From positions 1 through 54,507 of the forward strand of contig NIVC01000429.1 of NCBI GenBank assembly GCA_002269645.1: DNA of 54,507 bases, read 5' to 3'. The DNA comes from Macrostomum lignano (Eukaryota). How positions within the stretch are numbered: the stretch's first letter is position 1; each line of letters opens with the position of its first letter. This document shows, one piece after another, positions 21,755-33,395 of the stretch. The position numbers and the translations under genes are program-made. The notes beneath the pieces are model-generated. The model was given only the letters and a program-made list of their open reading frames with translations, was not told where the DNA came from and made no database searches.

Positions 21755-24700
21755 TTAGTTCAACACGCCGCTCAGCCGACGATGCAGCGAGCGACTTCTT
21801 GGCGCGTCTCCGTCCTCCTCCTCCTCCTCGTCGGCGTCGTGGTCGGCGTCGCTAAACAAGTCGGAGTCGTCGACGCCGTCGTCGTCGCTGCTGGCGGCTG
21901 GCCGACGCCGGTGCTGGCGAAGGAAGCGGCGGTGGCGCTGAAGGGAGCCGCCGCCTTCCTGGTCGGCGCGGTCTCGACGCTCGAAATGCGGCTCGTCGTC
22001 GAGGCTGCCGTAGGGACCCGGCGAGGCTGCGGAGTCGCGGAGATGCTGCGGCTGCTGCTCGTCCAGGCCGGCTGTGCGTTATGGTGGGGCACGAAATGAC
22101 AGCTCACTGATTCAGTATGACAGCTCACTGACCCAGCATGACAGCTCAATGACTCTGTATGACAGCTCACTGACCCAGCATGACAGCTCACTGACTCTGT
22201 ATGACAGCTCACTGACTCTGTATGACAGCTCACTGACCCAGCATGACAGCTCACTGACTCAGAATGTCAGCTCACTGACTCAGTATGACAGCTCACTGAC
22301 TCAGAATGTCAGCTCACTGACTCAGAATGTCAGCTCACTGACTCAGAATGTCAGCTCACTGACTCAGTGTGACAGCTCACTGACTCAATATGACAGCTCA
22401 CTGACTCTATATGACAGCTCACTGACCCAGCATGACAGCTCACTGACTCAATATGACAGCTCACTGACTCTATATGACAGCTCACTGACCCAGCATGACA
22501 GCTCACTGACCCAGCATGACAGCTCACTGACTCTATATGACAGCTCACTGACCCAGCATGACAGCTCACTGACTCAGTGTGACAGCTCACTGACTCAGTA
22601 TGACAGCTCACTGACTCAGCATGACAGCTCACTGACTCTGTATGACAGCTCACTGACTCAGTGTGACAGCTCACTGACTCAGCATGACAGCTGACTGACT
22701 CAGTATGACAGCTCACTGACTCAGCATGACAGCTGACTGACTCAGTATGACAGCTCACTGACTCAGCATGACAACTGACTGACTCAGTATGACAGCTCAC
22801 TGACTCAGCATGACAGCTCACTGACTCTGTATGACAGCTCACTGACTCAGTGTGACAGCTCACTGACTCAGTGTGACAGCTCACTGACTCAGCATGACAG
22901 CTGACTGACTCAGTATGACAGCTCACTGACTCAGCATGACAGCTGACTGACTCAGTATGACAGCTCACTGACTCAATATGACAGCTGACTGACTCAGTAT
23001 GACAGCTCACTGACTCAATATGACAGCTGACTGACTCAGTATGACAGCTCACTGACTCAAGATGAGAGCTCTATCAGTCAATAAGAGCGGTCACTCATAA
23101 GATAGAACCTAACACTGTATACCTGTAAGCTTCCACTTTAGTCAACGATGCTTACTCAGCAATAATGAATCACAAAATTTAAGTGATTTAAGTGTCTTCC
23201 TCAAGGACTCAAATTGTTCCAAGGTGGATCGAGAATCGAACCCCCGACCTTTCAGTGGTGAGTCCAACGCTCTAACCACTAGGCTACAACCCCCTAAAAC
23301 TATGCAGTTAGCGAAATGCTAGTAAGCGCATTGCACACCTCGCTTCCAAGCGAAAGCGGCGTCCATAGCAACCGGCTGCTGGGCTGCAGTTGGTCCACGC
23401 CTACCGAACTGCGGCTGGCCGAATTGAGCCGCAGCAGCCGCGGCCGCAGCGGCAGCGGCCGCACCGCCGCCGCCGCCGCCGTATCCCATCAGCAGCTGCT
23501 GCTGCTGGGCCCGAGCTCGCGACTTGGCCGCCTGAGTGCGCACCTTGTGGCCGGACATTGACAAAGACTCGTCGCTTCTAGTTCGGTATAATCTTTGTTG
23601 AGGCGGCTGCTGCGAGTTCAACAGATGGTGGTGATGAGGCTGAGCAGGAGGCTGGACAGTGCCGGGTTGGCGAGGAGCGGCAGCATAGACCGGGGCATTG
23701 CCAATATGGCCGTGCCATTCGCGAAAGCCGTGCTCAATGCAGGACTGCGGATTCAGCTGGCAGGTGCAGTTGCTGGAGGCCATGTACTGCGGGCGGGATG
23801 GTGAGTGAGGAAGCTGGATGATGGGTGATGAAGAGCAACTGTCATGAGCAGCATCTATAACCGATTTTCATAGGTCAGAGATGGCTCAGGGGCGATTCTC
23901 ATAGAATAGAGATGGCTCAGGGGCGATTCTCATAGAATATAGATGGCTCAGGGGCGATTCTCATAGAATAGAGATGGCTCAGGGGCGATTCTTATAGATG
24001 GCTCAGGGGCGATTCTCATAGAATAGAGATGGCTCAGGGGCGATTCTCATAGAATAGAGATGGCTCAGGGGCGATTCTTATAGATGGCTCAGGGGCGATT
24101 CTTATAGAATAGAGATGGCTCAGGGGCGATTCTCATAGAATAGAGATGGCTCAGGGGCGATTCTTATAGATGGCTCAGGGGCGATTCTTATAGAATAGAG
24201 ATGGCTCAGGAGCGATTCTTATAGATGGCTCAGGGGCGATTCTTATAGAATAGAGATGGCTCAGGGGCGATTCTTATAGAATAGAGATGGCTCAGGGGCG
24301 ATTCTCATAGAATATAGATGGCTCAGGGGCGATTCTTATAGATGGCTCAGGGGCGATTCTTATAGAATAGAGATGGCTCAGGAGCGATTCTTATAGATGG
24401 CTCAGGGGCGATTCTTATAGATGGCTCAGGGGCGATTCTTATAGAATAGAGATGGCTCAGGGGCGATTCTCATAGAATAGAGATGGCTCAGGGGCGATTC
24501 TCATAGAATATAGATGGCTCAGGGGCGATTCTTATAGAATAGAGATGGCTCAGGGGCGATTCTTATAGAATAGAGATGGCTCAGGGGCGATTCTTATAGA
24601 ATAGAGATGGCTCAGGGGCGATTCTTATAGAATAGAGATGGCTCAGGGGCGATTCTCATAGAATAGAGATGGCTCAGGGGCGATTCTTATAGATGGCTCA

Positions 24701-27700
24701 GGGGCGATTCTTATAGAATAGAGATGGCTCATGGGCGATTCTAATAGAATAGAGGTGGCTCAGGGGCGATTCTCAAAGAATAGAAATGACTCAGGGGCGA
24801 TTCTCATAGAATATAGATGGCTGAGAGGCGATTCCTATAGAATAGAGGCGGCTCAGGGGCGATTCTCAAAGAATATAGATGGCTCAGGGGCGATTCTCAT
24901 GGAATAGAGATGACTCAGGGGAGATTCTCATAGAATATAGATGGCTCAGGGGAGATTCTCATAGAAAAGAGATGGCTCAGGGGAGATTCTCATAGAAAAG
25001 AGATGGCTCATGGGCGATTCTAATAGAATAGAGATGGCTCAGGGGCGATTCTCATAGATTAGAGATGGCTCAGGGGCGATTCTCAAAGAATAGATATGGG
25101 TCAGGGGCGATTCTCATAGAATAGAGATGGCTCAGGGGCGATTCTCAAAGAATAGATATGGGTCAGGGGCGATCAAACTGACTAAGCTATTGCAATGATA
25201 GTTTAATTGCTTGAGAAGCAGCACAGCACTTACCGACGGTCCCTGCCGGAGGTTGCCGCCCAGATCCGTATAGAAGGTGACCGGGTGGTGCTGGCTTGCC
25301 ACCTGGGCCGGCACAACCGGAGCCGGAGCCACGGCCGACGAAGTCTGCTGCTGCTGTTGCTTCTTTCCGCCCGGCTGATTTTTTCCGCTGCCGCCCCTAC
25401 GGAAAAGCGAAAGCACCGACCATTTGAGCAGTTTAGATTTAGATTTCTTCTTTTGCTGCTGTTGTTGTTGCTGTTGCTGCTGCTGCTGGGGCAGCATCGG
25501 AGGCGTGAGGGTGCGCGTCGGCTGCTGCTTAGGATGCGGCGGAGGCGGCGGAGGCGAAGGCTGAGCAGCTTCGGGCTGCGGCATCATCAGCTGGAGCACC
25601 GCGTCGGTGCCAGCGGAGCCGTGGCCGCTGTCGGACGGTCCGCCAGGATGCTGCTGATGATGCAGCTGATGATGAAGCATCTGCTGTTGCTGCTGCTGTT
25701 GATGATGATGCAGCATCGCAGCTGCGGCGGCGGCAGACCCGCCAGAGCTGACAGACACGGAGCCGGCAGTGGCCAGGCTAAGCAGCAGCTGGACGACATC
25801 CGAGTAGCCTTTGCGCTTCGCGACGTCCACCGGGGACTCGCCCTGCTGGTTGCGCTGGCTCGGGTCGGCCCGGCAGTCCAGCAGCATGCCGGCGATTCGT
25901 CGGCGACGCAGCGCGGCGGCCACGTGCAGCGCCGTGTCGCCGTTTTTATTGCGACAGTTGACCCGGACAACTGGCCCGGCGCTTAATAGGATGCGCGCCG
26001 CGCCTGGATTGCGGATGCGCGCTTTTCAGTGTAAGTTCAGCATTAAAAAATATGAAGTCAATAGTCACGGAAGAGCTGTGAGTACCCTGGTCCCACAATC
26101 AACGCTAATGATTCTGCCCATTCCGGTGACTCCAGAGCAGCACATACGTACACACGCTAGTAGTACTAAGTATTTGACGAGGCATTTTGGCTTAATAAGA
26201 CAGTCATAGTTACTCCTGCCGTATACCCAAAGTTGCGTTAATTTTGCTTTAGGGTTTCTTTTACATGTAAGTCGCATTTTTGGCCCAAAACTAAGCCGCA
26301 TTTTTGTTAAAACTAAGCCGCATTTTTGTTAAGTCGCACAGCCGACCGAATTTTGAAGGTTGCGTATGTATGCTTCAGAAGTATGAATTGCACGACAAAC
26401 TCCAACCAAATGGCTGAGGCCTTGCAACAAAGCACAGGGAGAGGTGGGCTTACGCCCCCCGACTGCCGGCAATCCCGCGCGGCTGTCCCCTGTCCTTCCT
26501 CCGCCCTGCGGAGGGCCCTGCTTGGACTCAACCGCAGGGACATCAGGGCGGTGACCATGGCCCTCTCGGCTCATGGCTGTTTTGCCAGGCATCGTTACCT
26601 CCAGGAGAAAATCTACAGCGAGGAATGCCCTTTCTGCTCTGCCTCTCCGGTGTCAAGAACGCGGAGCACTTTATCTGTGAATGCCCCGTCTTTACTCAGG
26701 ACAGGACAGGCCCACTACCTCGGCCCAAACCCGGACCTCTCCGACGTTTTCAGGCCCGAGAATCTCTGCCAGCTCGTCCGCTACCTAAGGGCTACTGGGC
26801 GAGCGAACATCCACCTCCTGGACTCTCCGGAGGGAGACCGCGCTGCGGACACCGGCACCACTAACTGCTCGTGGTCGCCTCCCCGCTGCATCCAGATGCC
26901 CGGAGCCCCCCTGCAGCTGAGTCAAGTAGGTCAGAGGCCTTGCAAGGAATCGAACTAGGGGTCGTGGCGCTTGAGAGTCTAAAAGTGTTTACCGTTGGCT
27001 ACTTCCTACCTAGGCACTTTAATTCTGACGACCCCCCCCCCCAGAGGCCTCACCTGGCCTGCCGTAGCGAGCAGCCGTGTGCAGCGCTGTGTCGCCGAAT
27101 GTGTTCTGCCTATTGGGATCGGCGCCAGCGTGCAGCAGGGCCCGGGTGCACTCGTTGTGCCCGTTCTGCACGGCCAAGTGCAGCGGAGTGGCCTGGGCTC
27201 GATTCTCGGCGTTGGCGTCGCTGCCGGCCCGGCATAGCAGGTCGACGGTGCGCGAGTAGCCCTGCCAGGCGGCATCGTGCAACGCCGAATTGCCGCCACG
27301 ACGTTCGTCGCGCGCGTTCGTATCGGCGCCGGCGTCAACCAGCAGCTGGGCGAGCTGGGCGTGGCCATGCCGGGCCGCCAGCTGGAGCGGCGTCACGCCG
27401 GATGCGTCGCCAGCGCTGACTGGCGCGCCGGCGTCCAGCAGCAGACGGCAGATTTGGACGTGGCCGCCGGCCGCAGCCAAGTGAAGGGCAAGACGGCCTT
27501 CCTGGTGGGAAGGATTGGGGAGATTCTCAACATTAGCTTAGTGCAGGGTCGGCAGACTTCAGCATAACACCCGGCCGACCCGGCCGGCTGGCAGGGGGCC
27601 CAACCAATGTAAGTCGCAAAAATGCCCACCCAAAAATACAGACGTACTACTAATTAGATGACGAGACATTTAGCTTTAGTAAGATACTCATAGTTACTCC

Positions 27701-29472
27701 TGTCGTTTACCTGCGTAAAACATTGCTTAAGGGTTTCTTTCACAGGTACGTCGCATTTTTGGTCAAAAAGTAACTCGCACGGCCAGTGTTAATCAGGGGG
27801 GTTGCGCATGTATGTATCCGGCCCTCGAGTCCTTTGAAAATTCGCTCAAGGTTTGTCTCTTCAGCTCCCTTCGAAAAGTTTGCCATTCCCTGGCTTAGTG
27901 TGTTCAATTTGGGGCTGCGGACGCTGCCGCAAGTCAAGGTGACAGGCCACTGAGGCAATCATCCCTGGGAACGCACGCAGGGTGTACAGCAGTCCTGACT
28001 TTCTCATGGTCAGGTGTAAACACTGTGCCTTGGCGGTTGGCCCTCTTCACGGGCTTGAATAGCACTACAAGCACCTAGGCCAATTTTACCGGGCGATTCT
28101 CACAGGTAGCTAAGCTATTAACTGAGCGATTCTCACAGGTAGCTAAGCTGGCGATTCTCACAGGTAGCTAAGCTGGCGATTCTCATAGGTAGCTAAGCTA
28201 ATAACTGGGCGATTCTCAGAGGAAGCTAAGCTAATAACTGGGCGATTCTCACAGGAAGCTAAGCTAATAACTGGGCGATTCTCATAGGTATATAAGCTAA
28301 TAACTGAGCGATTCTCACAGGTAGCTAAGCTAATAACTGAGCGATTCTCACAGGTAGCTAAGCTAATAACTGGGCGATTCTCACAGGTAGCTAAGCTAAT
28401 AACTGGGCGATTCTCACAGGTAGCTAAGCTAATAACTGGGCGATTCTCACAGGTAGCTAAGCTAATAACTGGGCGATTCTCACAGGTAGCTAAGCTAATA
28501 ACTGGGCGATTCTCACAGGTAGCTAAGCTAATAACTGGGCGATTCTCACAGGTAGCTAAGCTAATAACTGGGCGATTCTCACAGGTAGCTAAGCTAATAA
28601 CTGGGCGATTCTCACAGGTAGCTAAGCTATTAATAACTGGGCGATTCTCACAGGTAGCTAAGCTAATAACTGAGCGATTCTCACAGGTAGCTAAGCTAAT
28701 AACTGAGCGATTCTCACAGGTAGCTAAGCTAATAACTGGGCGATTCTCACAGGTAGCTAAGCTAATAACTGAGCGATTCTCACAGGTAGCTAAGCTGGCG
28801 ATTCTCATAGGTAGCTAAGCTAATAACTGGGCGATTCTCACAGGTAGCTAAGCTGGCGATTCTCATAGGTAGCTAAGCTAATAACTGGGCGATTCTCACA
28901 GGTAGCTAAGCTGGCGATTCTCATAGGTAGCTAAGCTAATAACTGGGCGATTCTCACAGGTAGCTAAGCTAATAACTGGGCGATTCTCATAGGTATATAA
29001 GCTAATAACTGAGCGATTCTCACAGGTAGCTAAGCTAATAACTGGGCGATTCTCACAGGTAGCTAAGCTAATAACTGAGCGATTATCACAGGTAGCTAAG
29101 CTAATAACTGAGCGATTATCACAGGTAGCTAAGCTGGCGATCCTCATAGGTAGCTAAGCTAATAACTGGGCGCTTCTCACAGAAGGTAGCTAAGCTCCCC
29201 ACATTTAACTACTGAGGTACTAACTTGACAATTCTTATTGATATAGCTGCCACTATTTGCAGAGTGAAGTTCAGGAGTATTTGAAAAATAGCAATCAAAA
29301 ATGGTTTGAATGAATACTTAAAAAAGATAGCCATTTTAAATTTTAAAACTATTAACTAGCTACAAACCTTATCAGGTTCGATTGGTGCCTTGGCTCTGAG
29401 TAGTTCACCAACAAGGCCCACTTGACCTTGTCCTGCTGCATTGCGCAATTGTTCAGCAAGTGAGGCTTCCAT
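21755..29472 (-). CDS. ANKRD6: Ankyrin repeat protein, ANKRD6/diversin/Diego-like; exons 29368-29472, 27054-27501, 25234-26003, 23339-23786, 21755-22071 (695 aa)
   Basis: [17 protein letters not shown]...PDK|[14 protein letters not shown]...[20 protein letters not shown]...[19 protein letters not shown]...[12 protein letters not shown]...[11 protein letters not shown] parallels vertebrate ANKRD6 repeat for repeat ([42 protein letters not shown], recalled from memory). Phases 0,1,0,1 are consistent; the CDS sums to 2088 nt. Confidence 0.85.
22095..23070. repeat. 21-bp minisatellite (tgacagctcactgactcagYa); ANKRD6 last intron
   Basis: About 46 units starting about 23 nt from the acceptor. Confidence 0.96.
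23100..23292 (-). mobile_element. tRNA-derived SINE with a CORE-like segment
   Basis: Reverse complement ggggttgtagcctagtggttagagcg...ggttcgattctc (A and B boxes) followed by gagtccttgaggaagacacttaa, similar to the CORE-SINE motif gtgaccttgggcaagtcacttaa. Confidence 0.6.
23875..25172. repeat. 31-bp/24-bp minisatellite (gatggctcaggggcgattctYata[gaataga]); ANKRD6 intron 23787-25233
   Basis: About 44 units of two interspersed lengths. Confidence 0.96.
26150..26345. repeat. Dispersed repeat, related copy at about 27605-27790; possible non-autonomous DNA transposon remnant
   Basis: taagacagtcatagttactcctgccg...agggtttctttYaca..gtcgcatttttgg is shared by both introns flanking ANKRD6 exon 2; it contains recurrent taagtcgca/taagccgca motifs. 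Confidence 0.5.
26380..26900 (+). mobile_element. Degenerate 3' fragment of a non-LTR retrotransposon ORF2 (C-terminal Cys/His knuckle), antisense within an ANKRD6 intron
   Basis: [28 protein letters not shown]...EECPFC then, after a frameshift, [11 protein letters not shown], then [22 protein letters not shown]. This matches the typical LINE C-terminal LTGH...C..C...ET.EH....CP pattern. Confidence 0.7.
28090..29185. repeat. 33-bp (and 25-bp) minisatellite (gggcgattctcacaggtagctaagctaataact); ANKRD6 intron 1
   Basis: About 35 units; source of the [11 protein letters not shown] repeat ORFs. Confidence 0.96.
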
Positions 29473-32400
29473 TGGATTTGATTTACTTACATGCATTAAT
29501 AATTGTTTTTATAATTAATATAAATCAAACCTTTGAAGTTAAATTAATCAATATTATAGTTAGGATTTGATATAAAAGTTACATGATTATTTTTAAATAA
29601 TATAATTTTTAGTTCAACTTCAATTTTCTAATTAAGTCTAAGATAGCATTACTGCTAAAAAATGCTACTGATTATAACCTTTGAAATTTCATCCTTATTA
29701 TATATTTATTATTTCATATATAGGCAATTGACAATAGTCAATAGTTATATAAAATCAATAATAAGAATAAAAACATAATAAAATAAATATATTCAATAAG
29801 AAAATATACTTTTGAATTATTAAAAATGTTAAATTCATTTTAATAGTTTTGTAAGAAATGATTTATTAACAATAATAAATATAATATTTGAACACTTAAA
29901 AATAATACAAAATAGTAAATTGTTTTTTGAAATAAATTACCATGTCCTTATTTTTCGTAACTCTCAAAATATTGAGAAAAATAATCTAATTTTTATATTA
30001 TATCTATGAATATGACTTTAATTTAACAAACCTAAACATTAATTAAGCAATTTTTTATTCAAGCAAGTTATTCTATAATGGCTAGGCCTAAAAGTAAAAC
30101 ATTTAATGTCATGAAAAATACTACTTTGATTTTTATTATAGCTTAATGCTTTGAGTTTGACAAAATGAAAGTACAAGTGGCTACTGGCTTAGCTAGCAAT
30201 CACATTTTTAATTTTTAACTAAACTAAAGACAAAGTTGACTAGGCCCTAATCATTAACTACAAGTCTAAGTCTACATATTATTAAGAAGCTTAAAGCTAT
30301 TAACAGTAGCAGACCTCGACATTATTGAGAAAGCAAATCCAATAAGCTAGGCTGCAATTCTTTAATGTGATGGTACATACATACATGTGGCAGGAAGACA
30401 GCTCAGACAGACAGGCCCTATGAGGCTATGCCCTATGGGCTATGCCCCTATTGCAATATGCTTCATATATACTATTTTTATTTTAGCAATCTCACTACAT
30501 TAGACCTAATTGTAAGGCTTAACGCCTGACAGACGCCTGACAGACTTTTTCATTATTACTTGCCCTTGGAGCTAATCCACCGTTTAATATTAATAAACGA
30601 GCGCTCTACGAGCGCATTTCTTCGACGTCGGTCAGTTTAAAATTAATCCACTGTTCAATATAAACAAAACTTGTCTGGCAAAAAAAGCTGTAGTGAATAA
30701 TTTCTTATATTCAAAATACGATTTTAGACTATCTATCTAAGAGAAAAAATACTTAGTTTTGCCTAATAAACTCGTATGAGTAATAGGCCTAGATAGACTT
30801 CAGTAAAGCGTAGCAAGGACCACTAGAAGAAGAACTAGTGGTCCTTGAAGCGTAGTTGTGAACCTCAGTTTTGTGTCGTGGAGTCTCCATCTTAATTAAT
30901 AATTCTTACAGCTTCCCCCCATACTATTTATCACAATTAATTCACTTTGTCTTTCCTATGAGCTTGACTGCATAAACTACAAAGTACTTAGCTAGTTCAT
31001 TTCTTTTTTGTGTAGTAAGTTGTCACAAGTCATAATCGCACAACACTACATATGTACTTATTTTGCAAGTACGAAAATCCAATCGCTGACGGCGCAGTAT
31101 GCTTCACAGTTTCAAACAAAAAAAACTGCTAATTTCATACTTCTGCACGCGCACGCTTTTTACATGGACTGTACTTTAGTGCTAAGCTTTAATTTATAGA
31201 GTATACATGCATGTACTACGATATAGTTTGTGTGCCATGTACATGTGGAGGGACCAGCCTTCAAGAGCTTGATCGGAGGCTTATCGGGGATCAGAGAGTA
31301 AAATGAAGTCAAAATGAAATAAATGAGATAAAATCAGCGTCGCCGCCCATCTCCGCTAACGCCTGCATGGCGACCACACGGCATATGGTACCAGTATTAT
31401 TTAGCAAATATTAATCGAGGTTACAACTGCATCAGAACGAACTACTCTATAAGATAAATACTTCGTATATTTGAAGGCGCAGTAGTGTCCCTTGCACGTG
31501 TTAAATTAATAGATGGAGGTGGACCCAAAATTTCCAGAAGAAGCTGCACAAAGAAGCAAATTTTGCTAAAATTTCGCGCACTTGACAGTCTTTAGTAGTA
31601 TTTTTCCTGAATTTACGTTGATAAACTGATGAAGCTTCATGAAGTTTCATGTTTGATCTTGAAAATCAAACCATTTGTCATTCGGAAGTCCATACGGTGA
31701 GATAATGGGAGCTGTTTCTGATACATGCAGTGCTAAGAAACAAAAGGACTTCTACATGTACAGCTCGAGTTCTACATGCATCGGTTGCAACACCAAATAG
31801 CATTAATGGTAAATAAACCTGCATGGATAAGTGCTTTTAAACTCACTCTCTCACTATTTCTTCACCAAGTCAAGCGGATTCAGGTGAGAGAAAATGCTAT
31901 CAGGAAATGGAAAAAACGGTGGCAAAGTATTGCAGATATTTTAGGAATTCCTGGCACGACAGAAATTCTCCTTCGCCCCAATTGCCGAAATGGCATGCAG
32001 CTTCTGTTCAAGCCGCCGGAGAAAGGGCAGATGAAGTGAGTGCTGCAAGGCATTTCCCTGTGGCAGAAATTGCAGCCACGTGGCCTCTTAAAGCAAGAAG
32101 AGGATCGCACGGGAATTTTTTTCCGCGAAGTAAAGGAACAAGTCAGAACTGCGTCAGCGACTTTCTTTCGTCAGCAGTCCTTGAATGCCCCGGGCGCTGG
32201 ATTGGGCGGCACGGCCTGGAAGACAGAAATTATACACTGGTATTTGCCAGTCAGGCCAAGGGATTCCTTCCAGGAGAGGCGGGGGGCGTGAGGGAGCCAA
32301 CTGTTGCCTCCACCGACTGCGCGCTGGCTGGTTCAATCAACTTCGCCCTTCGCTACCAAGTGTACCGTCAAAGGCATCCCCGGCATTGAGCTGGAGGCCT

Positions 32401-33395
32401 CTGCGACTACCAATCAGCGGCTTGTATGGGACTGGGCGGGACTGCATGGCCTGGCCTTCAATAGGGGGTTTGGGAGAATAAGCCGACACCATGGAATTTT
32501 TCGGGAAGCAGAACTGACACAAGCCGGTCGTTTTTTCGTCTCAACTGGCATTGCGGATCCGCTGTAAGCCTGTCAGTCAGTCGATCGGGTTTCACAGCTC
32601 GCCCCGTCGGCGTTTGGCTGAGAATTTTTTGCCCAATTTCAAAAAAAACTTATCTAAAGTTAAGTCCTGGTAAGTTGAGTTGACCTCTTGATAATTAAAC
32701 ACCATTATGTCTCTCTGTGCCTAGCGACTAAAGCTACTCGACTGTCTAAGACTCAAAAATCATAATCTGCGTGCAGTACTCCCGTAGCCTCTGGTCAGGG
32801 ATCACTGTTAGTTTTTATTAAACTGGGCTAACTGGCTAAAAATAGAACATAAATAATTACAACTTTTCCTATTTCTGTGATGCTTCGACAAAATAAGCTC
32901 GTAATAGATTTCCAGCTTCTACAAAAATTGTTAGAATTCGTCAAAACAAATTAACATGCAGTTCTTTCGCTAATTATTACCTGCCATACCTGTAACCAAG
33001 CAGATACTGCACCCTCACGCGATCTTCGAAAGTCTATATAGAAGAATAGAAACGGAAATGTTGGAAAATTGCCCTTCAAAAATCAAATTTGAAGTCACAC
33101 ACAGATTTTCCAGTCCAAGGGTGGCTGGCTGTATAGAGCAGTGCCGCACATTTTACGGTTGGGGAAATGACGGAATAGTAACGAGTTTTGCAGCACTCAC
33201 GGAAATTTTAGCCCTTGTTTGGCGCCTCTGTCCTGGAATGCCTTCCAGCACTCCTCGCGCTCATTTTGGCATAAGCAGGAAGGAGCTCAATTTTGTGAAA
33301 GGGAGCACAACCATTTGTTTGCCACAAAGCATTTTGCTTTGGGAGGCCGTAAGAATCTGGCTTAATTCCCTCACCTCAACTCACCGCCCAATCAG

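Noticed and set aside
23228-23292. Functional tRNA gene
   Set aside because: The anticodon stem does not pair, there is no T-run terminator, and it continues into a SINE-like body.
668-29147. Long repetitive ORFs ([55 protein letters not shown] and others)
   Set aside because: All coincide exactly with tandem arrays, are open on both strands or in several frames, and lie in introns of well-supported genes.
29500-30250. Very AT-rich tracts (also 36100-37500) as foreign or organellar insertions
   Set aside because: No ORFs or rRNA/tRNA features were seen. Their position directly upstream of ANKRD6 and calcineurin B fits ordinary promoter, outron or intergenic DNA.
31776-32567. Selenocysteine or TGA read-through protein
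   Set aside because: Both TGAs sit in donor-like gtgag contexts, I recognised no selenoprotein motif or SECIS, and decay or splicing is simpler.
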